Assembly (NCBI RefSeq): GCF_009914755.1
Contig: NC_060929.1
Strand: one strand, 5' to 3'
Source of the DNA: the human T2T-CHM13v2.0 reference genome, Homo sapiens
Length of the DNA stretch: 64,000 nucleotides
Shown here: piece after piece, positions 25,546 to 38,700 of the stretch
How positions within the stretch are numbered: the stretch's first letter is position 1
How the letters are laid out: every line of letters begins with the position of its first letter
Position numbers and translations under genes: made by a program
The notes under the pieces: model-generated
What the model saw: only the letters and a program-made list of their open reading frames with translations
What the model was told of the DNA's origin: nothing
Database searches by the model: none

Positions 25546-26244
25546 ATTTAGAGGATGTGGATGGGTTCTGCCTGTTTACTTAATAAATATTCATTACATT
25601 TAATTGTTGTTGAAATGCCTCTCTTAAAATTAGAGTGACTCCCTCCCCCCAAGAAAAAAAGACCATAGAAAGTCCTAGAAATACAGCTTTTGCAAAATAA
25701 CACTTCTGATAATCAGTTTAACAACGTCCAGGGTGACATTGCTTAGGGAAATGGAGTGTTATTCTGCAGCAGAAAATTTCAGGTGGAATATCATTTACTG
25801 TTGCCATTGTTGCCGATCAGTGGGTTGTCTCCCTTCCCTTAAAGGAAAAGCTACCCATGTAAACATTAAAAATAAATGATCGGCACCCAGTTACAAAGCT
25901 TGAGGGATTCTCAGAGCATGGCTTAGAACTGCTTGGAAGGGTGACGGAGTTAAAATTCTAATCATTTTTTGAGAAAACCTATTCTAATTAGGACAAAATT
26001 ATGTATTCCTGAGATCATGACAGAATTGTATACCTAAAGCTTTTTATCAAATCTCTAGGTTCTAGCCTTTTCTCCATAATCTATTGTTCCACCTGAGCAC
26101 TCTCACGCTCAGATCAAGGGATTTCTTAATATCATTCTGCAGATTAAACTTTGATGCTCTAAAAGGGCCTGAGTATCTGTATCTGCAACACTTGACTAAT
26201 TTCCAAGGCATAGTGGAGCTTCTTGATGCAACATAGGTTTGAAG

Positions 26245-27230
26245 AAAAAAAAAACATTGATTAACTGCCTATCTAAAGAACTTACAAATCAGTAAGATAA
26301 AGATAATCATACAGAGTAATAGGCAGAAGATACAAGCAGAAATTTCACAGAAGAAATTCAAGTAGCAATAAGCATACAGAGATGCTCAACCTTACTAGTG
26401 TTCAGGGAAATAGAAATTAAAATAGTTAGATGACATTTTACAATAGTAGAATTGGCAGAATTTAAGCAGTTTGCTAATAGAAAGTGTTGGTGGAGAAAAG
26501 AAAATGCATAATCACTAATGGTAGGAGTGCCGACTGGTATTACTTTGGAAAGTGATTTGGTGATATTAAGCAGAGTTGAAAATGCACATACTCCGTGACT
26601 CTCGATTTCACTTGTGGGTTTCTATCTTAGTGAAAATTTTGTGCATGTGCTACACAGAGACATGCCAAAGAATGTTCTTTGCAGCATTGTTTTTAATAAC
26701 AAAATGTTGGAATTGATTCCAATGTTTGTCAGTAAGAGAGCAGAGATTAATGAATTGTGATGCATTGATGAAGATGAAATGTTGTACAATAGCTAAAATA
26801 AGTTAGGAATATTTTCATACCTCAACTTGGAAAGAGCTTAAAAACAATGTTGAATGAGAAATGCAAGTTATATTTTGAAACCATTTCTTTACAAAATGGT
26901 GCATATAATAATGTTATGTGGCATTTATGGATATATATGTATATCTATATAGCCACTCACATTACATGTTTAAAACCGTGATTTTCAACATATGTATACA
27001 GATTGAACATACTGTGTGGTGATGTAAGTTGCTTCTGGGATTGGAGAGAGTAAAATACGTCTGAGGATGGGAAGAGATGAGATGGCGTCTTCTTGGAAAT
27101 GTGTGTGCTTATTTCTTTAAATACAAGATATTTTGAAGTAAATAATATACAATATTGTTCATTTTCAGTGGTGGGTACATCAGTATTTATTGTATTTCCT
27201 TTGTAAATGTTAGGTTTTTTCATTAAAAAC
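26245..27230 (+). mobile_element. L1ME-like 3' fragment (ORF2 C-terminus and 3'UTR)
   Basis: aatttcacagaagaa..agatgctcaaccttactagt..cagggaaat..aaattaaaa..tactttggaaagtgatttgg..gcagcattgtttttaataacaaaa. Confidence 0.75.
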
Positions 27231-27766
27231 ATCTCAGACATTTACTCTTTAGGTCACTGGCCCCCTGTAACTAAACCCTCTGGGGCCTTGTGAGCGGCAG
27301 AGCACTGGAAGGATGAGCAGGGGCTTCTTTTTCTTTTCTGTGCCTGGAAAGCTGTCTTGCCAGCTCTCGATTTGGTCTAGACCTATCTTTTCTGGCAGCA
27401 TTCTGCTCAGCTAAGCATATGTGAAATACTCTTAAAAGGCAATTCCAATCCAATTTTGGGGGAGGATCTATTTTAAAACTGCAATAATTTATCTCCAATG
27501 ATTTTTAATTTTTTAAATATTTTAGGATAAATGCTAGAATACAATCTAAATAGAAAACAATAAAATGAAACATTTTTGTACTCAGACATTATTCCTATTT
27601 GTTTCATTGCCAACTTTAGCTGGCATTCTCAGGGGAATGTAATTCTTGAAAAAGTAGATTGTGGTCTTTTTGTTTTACAACACAACATTAGAGATGCACA
27701 CATATTTCTCTGACTTTCTCCACCTGATAATCCTCCTTTTAACAGCTAACCCAAGAGCCTGAGTGT

Positions 27767-28215
27767 TGTTAAAGTAAAATGAATATGTAGAGACAAATCT
27801 CTAAATGTAAGGATTTATTTGGGATATAAGAATTGCAATTTGGGGAATACACACAGACCTGGTGGTCTTCAGTATGTCTGAAGAACAAAGAGGAATTTGC
27901 AGGTTTTATAAAAAGGAGAAATGTTACATATTGCTCTTTTTTGTTCATTGGCACAAGTACAGTTTTGGGGGGCTGGCAAGTTCTGATTGGTGAGTGATGG
28001 CAGTGGGTAAAATTAGAGTTGCAGCAGTTTATTTCAGAAGCCATTAGATCACACTGGCTTCAGGTTACAGCAGGCAGTTTCAGCAACCATGCTGCAGAGA
28101 ATTAACATTTTTGGAGCAATATTGTGTGTCCCGAGTGCTTTTCTCCCCCTGGCTTCTGACTTTGTTTGAGTTGGGTATGATGAGAATGACCCAATTCATA
28201 TGACTGACTTTCACG
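27767..28215 (-). mobile_element. ERV1 (MER4-group) solo LTR
   Basis: tgttaaag...ctttcac(g) termini, 4-bp TSD gtgt on both sides, and a minus-strand AATAAA near one end. Confidence 0.7.
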
Positions 28216-29778
28216 GTGTTATGAAAAGTAAAATCCAGGGGAAGAATTGCATTTTTAAAGACCTCACCAAAATTATTTGGAGGGCTTTGAAGTGTTTTAA
28301 AGGAAATCCTGCCTTGCCTTGGGCTGGTGAGGGCTGGGAGTAAAGAGGATAGATCAATATAGACTCTGCCTGAAGTGCTGTGGTGATGAGAGGAAATGGC
28401 TTATCAGTTGCTTTTACAATCTGGAAAAGAAACCATTTGTGGAATCAATGGGTGGGTGGCAGAGCCCAACAACTGGAGCTCAAAGATACAGTACATCTTC
28501 ATTACTATCAGTCACCTGCATCAGTGGGGCGGTAACAAGGGACCTAAATTCTACAGCCCGGTGCATTGTCGCAGTCAAATGCATCACTGTGGTTTTAGAC
28601 ATGATTATTATATGCAAGGAAAAGCTTGGCATTAATTTGTCTTATAGAGAAACAAATGCTGGTTTTACTTTTATTATTTACACAGCATAATACGTTCCTT
28701 CTGAGAAAATTTCAGCTCTATCTTGACCCACTTGCAAGGACCAGCAAAAATAATGGAAGGACATAAAATATAACTACTCTGGCAATGATGTGTGCAATCA
28801 CCTCAGCTGCTGGAAAACTCTGGGTTGTTCAAACAGCCAATGTGAAGTCAAGAAGGAGAGAATATTTTTCTGATTAGTGCTGTGTAAGGAGTGCTGAAAA
28901 AGAGTACATAGAAAATGTTTGTACCTGAGTGAAACAGCCCAACCAGAGCTGAAATAAGACCCCCTTTCATCCTGCAAGTTATTTCTGGGCTAGAATGTTT
29001 AAATAAGAACAAGACGGATAGTTCCTCAGGATTTCAGAGCTGGAACAGAGAACCTTTTAGCTGAGGCAGGGTGGAATTGTGGAGACAGTCACATTCCGAG
29101 GAAAAAGTCCTCAACCAAGAAGGTTTGGCTCAGAAAGCAGCAGCAGGGCAGCTGGAGTCCAAAGACTTGCATCTTTCAACCGGGAAAAATCTGTTTATAG
29201 GTCCTTGGAAATTTTGGATCCTTGCGGTCTGGACTGGCTAGGGAATTGCATTGCAGTGTAAACAAACCATACTGGGCTTGAGCATTTTTCTTCTAAGCAA
29301 TTCAAGTCGACCCTAAGATATTTCTTGAGACTTTGGGGGCCACATAAATAACTGCTCATTTTCCCCCTCTGGGTTTAGATCTCACTGAGAAATTTATCAC
29401 TGGAAATGAGATGATTAAACACCAAAATTTTAATGATGAAAATTGAGCCAGAACATAGCTTGGTTCTGCAACCAACAAAGCTTTTCTCTGTGAATTAAAC
29501 CTGCCTACTCAGCCAGGGCAGAAGGGGACAGCCGTTGGTCTCTTGCAGGGCAGGCTACTCCACTCATGCTCTGGGGAGAGGCTGATCCTGCAGAGAATGC
29601 TGAGCTGCCCAGTCCTTCTCCCCAGCTCACTCAGCCACTCAGGGAGGAGGAGGAAGGGAGCAGGAAGAGAGAGGTCTCAGTGTTTCTCCCACACTTTTCC
29701 TGCATAGGGGAATGTTTCCCTCTACAGAAATTCCAAAAATGTTACATTGTCTGCAATTTGCTTTAAAATACTCCATCC

Positions 29779-29911
29779 TGACGAGTTAGTGGGTGCAGCG
29801 CACCAGCATGGCACATGTATACATATGTAACTAACCTGCACAATGTGCACATGTACCCTAAAACTTAAAGTATAATAAAAAAAAAGAAAGAAAAAATAAA
29901 ATAAAATAAAA
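29779..29911 (+). mobile_element. Very short 5'-truncated young L1 (L1PA2-type) with A-rich tail
   Basis: tgacgagttagtgggtgcagcgcaccagcatggcacatgtatacatatgtaactaacctgcacaatgtgcacatgtaccctaaaacttaaagtataat plus an A-rich tail. TSD taaaatactccatcct at 29764-29779 and 29912-29927. Confidence 0.93.
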
Positions 29912-30049
29912 TAAAATACTCCATCCTAGACAATGTGATAGATCTGTTCATTTTAACCCACATCCTTGGGCTGAGGTTGGTTAACCTAGATAGAAATATA
30001 CATTTCATAATTGCCAGGAGCACTCAAATCTCACTGCTGGGAGGTTATA

Positions 30050-30480
30050 AATTAGTAGTTTTTGAGAATCAGCAATGCCAGTCTAACCTCCTCATTTACA
30101 GATTTGAAATCAGGGACCTTGTAAGACCAACCTGCTCAGGGTCCAAGTTAGCTCACTTCAGAGCTGGGACCAGCAGCTAGGGCTCTTTCTCAATGGGCAA
30201 AATCTCCTTCTAAGGAACTGTATTTACTTCAGTGCTGGGATATTACTAGTTAACATTTTTGATGGAGAGGCATGTGCTTATCACATAACAAGTACTGTTC
30301 CAAGCATATGTGTTATCCTATTTAATCCTTACAATCACAATGAGATTGGTAATACTATTATTCTCATTTAACAGGTGAGAAAATTGATGCTTAAAGAGGG
30401 ACTTGTCCAAAGTCATTCAGTGAGCAAGTGACAGAGCAAGGACTCAAACCCAAACACTGGAGTCCAGAGCCCAACCTTCT
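30050..30480 (-). mobile_element. Two MIR fragments
   Basis: ctcatttacagatttgaaatcagg and cattta.caggtgagaaaattgatgcttaaagag..ggactcaaaccca cores. Confidence 0.6.
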
Positions 30481-30768
30481 TCACAAAGTCAGGGCTAGAA
30501 AAGGCCATTAGAGAAGATTCTGCCTACCCCTCCCGTTCCACAGCAAGGGAGCAAGTCCAGAAAACAGAGGAATTTATAAAATGTAGCTGATCTTGCTCAA
30601 AGATTCTTCCTGAGGGTGGGGCTGTTGAGTACTCTCCAGAAGAAATGACCAGTTAGTCTTTTACTCTTATTATTACATAGAGTTATACATGATAAGTGCT
30701 CAATAAATTGCACAACAGAGCCTATGGTTTCTCACATTATTAATGATGAATATCAGACATCTGGTTGG

Positions 30769-31191
30769 TGTAGTAGTCCATTCTAGCAATGCTATAAAGA
30801 AATACCTGAGACTGGGTCATTTATAAAGAAAAAGGTTGAATTGGCTCATGGTTCTGCAGACTGTACAGAAAGCATGATTCTGGCATCTGCCTAGCTTCTG
30901 GGGAGGCCTCAGGAGACTTATTAATACAATCATGGTGGAAGGTGAACAGGGAAGCAGGCACATCTTGTATGACTGGAGGAGGAGCAAGAGAGAAAGGCAG
31001 GGAGGTGCCACACACTTTTAAAACAACCATATCTCGTGATAACTCACTCACTCTCTATTGCCATAATAACACCAAGGAGGATGGTGTTAAACTTTAAGAA
31101 ACTGCCCCCATGATCCAATCTCCTCCCAGCAGGCCCTATTTCCAACATTGGGGATTACAATTTGACATGAGATTTGGGTGGGTCCATATCT
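30769..31191 (-). mobile_element. MST (MSTA-like) solo LTR
   Basis: tgtagtagtccattc..gctataaagaaatacctgagactggg..gagatttgggtggg..ccatatc with a 5-bp TSD gttgg. Confidence 0.9.
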
Positions 31192-31346
31192 GTTGGTTCA
31201 CTTAACACATTGTGATTTCACTCATTGAGAAGATTTCCAATTAAAAACTTACAGAGATAATAGGAAAGACCAAATGCCAAATCATGGTGTTCTGTAATTA
31301 CATGAAGAAGTCTTCAGAACTAAAGGCTATGTAAAGTATTTCGATA

Positions 31347-31400
31347 TATAATGAACAATTAGTCCTATTGAATTATAATGAACAATTAGTCCTATTGAAT
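31347..31400. repeat. Perfect 27-bp tandem duplication
   Basis: tataatgaacaattagtcctattgaat at 31347-31373 and 31374-31400. Confidence 0.97.
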
Positions 31401-33784
31401 TCTAATTACTTATGGGAAAGCTGTGGTCTCTGAAATATTAGAGGTGGCAAATAAACAGAATGTTTTCATTAAATAAGATCACAGCAGCTTGAATAGTGAA
31501 CTACAGTAGGGTCTTCCAAAAATATTTTCAGAGTCAATGAAGGGGACAATGCAGTTAACTAAATGCATATAGACCATCAGATGTTTTGTTCTTCATCTTC
31601 TGCTCACTCTCCACATCCACAGGTAGACAAAGGAAGCTTTGTTGGGGTTAGGGGTGTAACAAGGCTACCTGCAGACAATTAAACGAAAGAAAGAAGGAGA
31701 GGACAGGGGATCTTGAACCTCTGATTCTTGCCATATCACCTTCCCAAAGGACCATGGGAGAAAGTCATCAATACAGAACAAGAAAATTAGTCTGGAAAAC
31801 AGATATTCTATGATGCTGAGATTTTGGCCCTGACTTCTAATGTTGAACTTGATCAAGCTAGGCTGAGTTACAGGAAGACTCTTTTTGCTGAGACTGGACA
31901 GTTCAAGTGGTCTAGAAAGAAAGTAAGCTGAAGCTTTGCTTTTTCGTCCAAATCTCAAGGCCTCTTCCCAAATTGTAACATTTTCATGTGGGTCTGTCTA
32001 GTCTGGAGCTCACCTGGCAGTGAGAGAGGCTTGGAGAAGTCAAGGCACCAGCCATGAGCAGACCATGGGCTGCAACTGGCCCAAAGACATATTTTATTTG
32101 GCTTGAACAGTGTTTAAAATTTTAACTGATTTTAGAGTCAAAAGACTTTTACTTGAAGTAATTGGATTTCCACCTCTTTTTAAGTTAGAGATCTGGCTGG
32201 CTGGGCTGATGTTCCTCCAGGAGGCCAGAGTTACATCCTGGCTGCCCCTTTGGATGATGCATGGATTGCCAGTTTATACAGAGCCTCCTGCCCCCTAACA
32301 GCTCTTTTCACCTCCGCATGCATATTACTTGTCTTGCTCTGTCATGTTTGACTTTGGAACCTCTGCCTGATCTAGATTGTTTGAGACTCCTGGGAAATAA
32401 AACCCAGCAAAGGAGCAGATACCTTCCCTCCCCAACTCTGATGGTCTGGCCTAGTCAAGTCTTTGGTTTGGAGCAACACTATCCCTCCTTAGAAAAGGGA
32501 GTGAAATAAAATATGGCAACTCTTTTCAGAGGAGTAGTAGGAGGAGGGGAGATGGAAGGGGGGAACTGAGACTGCTAATTGCTTCCAACATGGTGTCCAG
32601 AATGGGTGGCTAATGCACCCTCCTTGCCCTTAACTACCCAACACCAGACCATCATCCAATCTTGTTGATTCTGCTAAAAATGTAGATAATTCTATGAAGG
32701 AAAAAAAAACAGTGAGAAGCAGATCAGCCAATCCTGCTTTTTTGACTTACTTGACCACTAACCTTTGTGATCACATCTACCTTGACAAAAAGGGCATCTT
32801 TATATCTGGGATAATCAAGGAAAAGACTTTGCTGGTCTGGTGATCGATTGTAAGTTGTAGTTTTCTTGCTTCATTTATAAAGTTGCATCAGGAAAAGTGA
32901 GTTGGGGATGTGAAAATCTGTGTGACATAAGAGAAAGCAAACCAGGGATAGTATGGTCCCTCATTAGTATTCATATAAAGTGCATACAAATGAATTCCTG
33001 ATTTATTCAGGGTTTCCAGAGTTAATTCATTCCCATTTCCTTGACTTCTGAATAATAAGCTTCATATTGTTTGACTGGATACTATTCCTAAAATGGCCTT
33101 AGAATTTATTTCACATTGTTTTATTATAAGAATTTCTTTGTTCTATTAAACCTATGTCTGCAGAGGAATAAATAAATGGATAAAAACCTTTGAACCAAAT
33201 TGCTGTGCTGCAGGATGAGCTCATACGTTAAGGAGACCCAGGTCATAGTCACAGCTCTGTCAGAAACCACTGCATGACTCAGCATAATCACTTCGCCTTT
33301 CTGGGCCTCAATTTTCAATTTGTGAAAAGAAGATGTGACCTAGATGACTCTTCAGATTCTTTGCAACTCTTATATTTTGACAGGCAAATAATTGGGGTGT
33401 CTCCTTAAATTCAATATGGGTCCATACCACTGAGTACTAACACATGAGTAGATCTAAGCATAGCAGCTTCCCTCTGGATTTCTTTATACAAAGACCTCCT
33501 GTTCAATTTGATTACTCAGTTAATTTGAGAAAAAAATACATAAACCAAGAAATTATAATAAATGATATATACCTTAAGTATTTTTACATCATTTAATGAA
33601 CATTAAATAAACATTCACTTATTTTCCAATTTTTCATAGGGCCAAAGCCTTGCCTTTGATTTTTTGGGTCTGCTGATTGGAATCACCCATTGGGAATGGT
33701 CTGTCATGTCCAATTTTGATTTGTTTAAAGGAGAATAAGAACTTAACTCTTGAGAAATGATTTTATTTAAAAATTTCTTCTAGA

Positions 33785-34093
33785 GGACTGGCTGTGATGG
33801 CTCATGCCTGTAATCCCAGCACTTTGGGAGGCCTATGTGAAAGGATTGCTTAAGGCCAGGAGTTCAAGAGCAGCCTGGGTTATATACTGAGACACTGTCT
33901 CTACAAAAAATAAAATAAAATAAAAACTAACCAGGCATGGTGGTGCATGTCAGTACTAGCAACTCAGGAGGCTGAGGCAGGAGGATCACTTGAGCCCAGC
34001 AGGTAGAGGCTGCAGTGAGCCATGACTGCACCAATGCACTCTAGCTTGAGAGACAGAGTGAGACCCTGTCTTTAAAACCTAAAAAAAGAAAAG
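33785..34093 (+). mobile_element. AluJ, full length
   Basis: J-type diagnostics ggattgcttaaggccaggagttc and ggatcacttgagccc..gaggctgcagtgagccatga; highly diverged. Confidence 0.92.
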
Positions 34094-34537
34094 ACTAGAG
34101 TTTTATTATTTTGTACCATTATCTGATAATCCTCTCTGTCTTACACACACCTAATTTATGACAGCATTTTTACTTGCCTACCTTTATCAAGACTCCCACA
34201 CAGTTTTCACAAGAATAAGCACTGGTTTTGCCTTCACATTTCATTGGTTTACTTAACATTTAATTATGTTACATAATTGCTATACTATGTACAATTGGCA
34301 TAAGCAGATTTGAAAACAAATACTATGATGGTTGGTAAGTATAGAATCAAATGGAGTGCACAGGTGTAATGGAGTCAAGCTTACTAGAGGTTGGGGATCA
34401 GCATGCTGAGGTACTAGTTAGTACTCGGTTAATAAAATCAGTTAAGTTGAAGTTGATCAATCAGACTGCTAATTGAATGTTTTATCAGTTCATATTGTTG
34501 CAGGTAAATAAAACCAACCCTATAAGCTTAGGCAAAA

Positions 34538-34967
<430 letters not shown>

Positions 34968-35238
34968 TCACTCTGATCAAGACTAGAGTCTCCAGCAGAA
35001 GGACTCTGATTGGCTTGCAGATTACATGTATTCCTCAACCAAGGGAAAACCAGATGCTATAAAAGACTCTCCCCAAAGACTACATGCCCTGGGGAGGAGT
35101 CATTCCCAAAGACAACCTGAGATGCTGTTACCAGAAAAGGGGACTATGCATGGAGGATCTAGGTCTGTAAGTGCATTAGTCAGGGTTCTCCAGAAAAGCA
35201 TAACCAACAGGTTGTAGATAAATATGTAAAAAGAGACT

Positions 35239-35362
35239 TATTTGTATTTTTTTTATTGATACATAATAAAAGTATGAATTTATGGTATACATGTGATATT
35301 TTGATATAGGCACATAATGTGTAATGATAAAATCAGGGTAATTGGGATATCCAAAACATCTC

Positions 35363-35406
<44 letters not shown>

Positions 35407-35428
35407 GGGAACATTCCAAATCTTCTAG
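35239..35428 (-). mobile_element. L1MA 3' end fragment containing an expanded (TG)n at ~35369-35405
   Basis: ttattgatacataata..tacatgtgatattttgata..ataatgtgtaatgataaaatcagggtaattgggatatcc..(tg)n ttgggaacattccaaatcttct. Confidence 0.85.
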
Positions 35429-35447
35429 GAAGAGATGTGTTATAAGG

Positions 35448-35743
35448 CAGCAGTCCTCAACCTTTTTGGCACCAGGGACCTGTTTTCATGGAAGATAATT
35501 TTTCCATGTATGGCGGGATGAGGGGACACAGCGATGGTTTTGGGATAAAACTGTTTTACCTCAGATCATTAGGCATTAGTTAGACTCTCATAAGTAGTAT
35601 CTAGATCCCTCGCATGCACAGTTCACAATAGGGTTCCTGCTCCTATGAGAATCTAACGTCACCTCTGATCTGACACAAAGAAGCAGAGCTCAGGCAGTAA
35701 CACAGGCTCACCCACTGCTCACCTCGTACTGTGCAGCCTGGTT
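35448..35743 (-). mobile_element. MER1B hAT DNA transposon, one end lost
   Basis: cagcagtcctcaacctttttggcaccagggac..ctagatccctcgcatgcacagttcacaatagggttc..ctcctatgagaatctaa. Confidence 0.88.
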
Positions 35744-36593
35744 GTGTGGCTGATCTTCTTTACTAATCTATGGATTCAAATGCTAAACTCTTCCAGAAAC
35801 ACTCTCTCAGATACACCCAGAAATTATTTTTACCAGCTATCTGGGCAGGCCTTAGCCAAGGCAAGTTGACCCATAAAGTTAACCATCACAATAAGTATGT
35901 ATAGGAAACAGCATTAGCCATGGGGAGATCCAGAGCCCAAGAAGTAAGTACTGATTCTGGTTAGAAGGGGACAGATGGGGTTCAGAATACAAGGAAAACT
36001 TCAGCTGCTGACTGTTGCTTTATGCTTTGACATCTATTTTCCTGGCAACTCTCAAGGCTGCTACCTTCTGAAACTCTGAGTAAAAAACCATCCACATTGT
36101 TCCAGCTCAGATAGGCGTGGAGATCTGAACCCAGGCCCCAGTTTGTTGCTTATTAGTTGTGTGATCTTGGGTCAGCCATTACTTCTACAGACCCCAGATT
36201 CCCCATATATAAAATGAAATCTCTTTTCGGATGTAATATTTTATTATTTATATATCTTGGCACATCCCTGTCCTTCATACATTTGACTATATAATTCAGT
36301 AAAGCAGAAATATCTCCATGTTGTTTGTTGGAATTATTTTTCATGCTAGTAAAAATTAAAGTGCAAAGTTGTATTTTGTTTGAATGGAACTATATAAATA
36401 TATAAACATGATGCTTAACTATAAATTAGAATTTTCAAATATAGCAATAAGAGGCATTAAAACATGCTGCCACTTGTTATCGCATTATATACTAGCTAGC
36501 TGGCTACTACAATAATCTCCTATCTTAGGTTGCTCTTCTATTTTTTTCATGAACATATGTGTATCAGAGATTTTAGTGTCTACAATTAACTAA

Positions 36594-37212
36594 TTTTTTT
36601 TTTATTTTTTTTTTTGAGACGGAGTCTCACTCTGTCACCCAGGCTGGAGTGCAGTGGTGCAAACTCAGCTCACTGCAACCTACGCCCCCACAGATTCAAG
36701 CAATTCTCCAGCCTCAGCCTCCCAAGTAGCTGGGACTAGGCATGTGCCACCGTGCCCGGCTAATTTTTTTCTTCTTTTTGTTTTTTGAGACGGAGTCTCG
36801 CTCTGTCGCCCAGGCTGGAGTGCAGTGGTGCGATCTTGGCTCACTGTAAGCTCCGCCTCCTGGGTTCACACCATTCTGCCTCAGCCTCCAGAGTAGCTGG
36901 GACTACGGGCGCCCGCCACCATGCCCGGCTAATTTTTTGTATTTTTGTTTTTAGTAGAGACGGGGTTTCATCATGTTAGCCAGGGTGGTCTCGAACTCCT
37001 GACCTTGTGATCCACCCGGCTCGGCCTCGCAAAGTGCTCGGATTACAGGCATGAGCCACCGCGTCCAGCCCGGCTAATTTTTTGTATTTTTAGTAGAAAC
37101 AGGGTTTCGCCACGTTGGCCAGGCTGGTCTCGAACTCCTAACATCATGATCCACCCGCCTCAGCTTCCCAAAGTACTGGGATTAGAGGCGTGAGCCACCA
37201 CTGAGCCCAGCC
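36594..37212 (-). mobile_element. AluS host element split by a nested Alu
   Basis: Right arm at ~36594-36769 and left arm at ~37071-37212, with a degenerate outer TSD tacaattaact/taccatgaact. Confidence 0.92.
36770..37070 (-). mobile_element. AluY-like element nested in the linker of the host Alu
   Basis: Full Alu with aagctccgcc / ccattc diagnostics. TSD cggctaatttttt at 36757-36769 and 37071-37083. Confidence 0.93.
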
Positions 37213-37359
37213 TACCATGAACTTTTTTAAGTTTCCTCCACCCTTGTACCCACAACATCTTATTTTCTTGCTTTTTTTAAAAAAAAAATTTCAGTGCTAC
37301 TGGGCTTGGCTTTCCTCCTTTCACTAACTGAATGAGAGTCTCTCAAGATATGGTTTCCT

Positions 37360-37863
37360 TATAAATCATTCTAACATAAAGACATATGCACACATATGTT
37401 CCTCGCAGCAGTATTCACAATAGCAAAGACATGGAGTCAACCTAAATACTCATCGATGGTAGACTGGATAAAGAACATGTGGTACATATACACCATGGAA
37501 TACTACACAGCCATAAAAAAGAACAATATCATGTCCTTTGCAGGAACATGAGTGGAGCTAGATGCCATCATCCTTAGAAAACTAATGCAGGAACAGAAAA
37601 ACAAATACTGTGTGTTCTCACTCATAAGTGGGAGCTAAATGATGAGCACATATGGACACTTAGAGGGGAACAACACACACTGGGGCCTATTGGAGGGTGG
37701 AGAGTGGGAGGAGGGAGAGGATCAGGAAAAATAACTAATGGGTACTAGGGTTAATAGCTGGATGACAAAATAATCTGTACAACAAACACCCATGACATGA
37801 GTTTACCTATATAACAAACCTGCACATGTACCCCTGAACTTAAAATAAAAGTCAGAAAAAAAA
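37360..37863 (+). mobile_element. 5'-truncated primate L1 (L1PA15/16-like) 3' end
   Basis: cacaatagcaaagacatgg..atggaatactacacagccataaaaaagaa..aacctgcacatgtacccctgaacttaaaataaaag. 15-bp TSD aagatatg(g/a)tttcct at 37345-37359 and 37862-37876. Confidence 0.92.
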
Positions 37864-38349
37864 GATATGATTTCCTGGAGTGTTATAAGGGCAAGAGTTA
37901 TGTTGGTTTCTTCCAGAAAATCCCTCTATGATGACTCTATGAGAACTCTGTGCCTACTCAAGGCCTTGGCTTTGTGTGATACCCCCAAAACTTAGATCTT
38001 ACTCCAGATAAAGGAGGGGGAAACCTCTGAATTAAGGTTATAGTTCTACTACCTGTCAAGATAGGAGATCAAAATTGAAATTAAGTTTAGTCATAGACCA
38101 GAAATATTATTTGTACACTTGAGTTTGTGGACTGACAGTTTTATTTTTGAGGGATCTGAACTTTATTCGGTAGGGGATAGACAGCTAAATAAGGCCAGTG
38201 ACATGCCAAATAATTGTTTTAGAAAAGTCACTTTGGCAGCAAGGTGAAAGGTGATTGAGCGGTGACAGACTTGAGAAGGAGAGACCAGTCAGGAGGTGAC
38301 TATCGAGTCAACGGGGTTGTGTTGGAGGGGATGCAGGGAGACGAGCTAA

Positions 38350-38700
38350 CTTACTGATGGCCTGCTCACCCAACACGGCTCCCTTTGCTTCGGGGACACA
38401 TGGCTAACATGTTTTCCCAGCTTTCCTTGCTGGGTGTGGCAGTGCTACTGAATTCGGACCAGACGAACGTGGCCAGAAGTGGGGCACGCCATATGCTGCC
38501 TCCCATACAAGCCTCTCTGTGCCCTCTCTTCCTCAGTCTACATGTGTTGCTGGCAGAGCCTCCATGGGGCTGGGCCCCTGAATGACTGCATGGAGTACAT
38601 ACAAATACACATGCCTCTAAACATATGAGCAAGAAACAAATTTCATCACATTATGATACTGACATTTCCAAGTTCATCTTTTAATGCAGCTGGTGTCAGC
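38350..38700 (+). mobile_element. Old MLT1-type LTR
   Basis: tttcccagctttccttgc..gtgtggc..gaagtgggg..atgagcaagaaacaaatttcat; diverged. Confidence 0.45.

Larger units (their letters stand above)
35172..35890 (-). mobile_element. MLT2 (ERVL) solo LTR, interrupted by L1MA and MER1B and internally deleted
   Basis: Termini tgcattagtcagggttctccaga... and ...caagttgacccataaagttaaccatcaca, with TSD gtaag/ataag. Confidence 0.85.
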
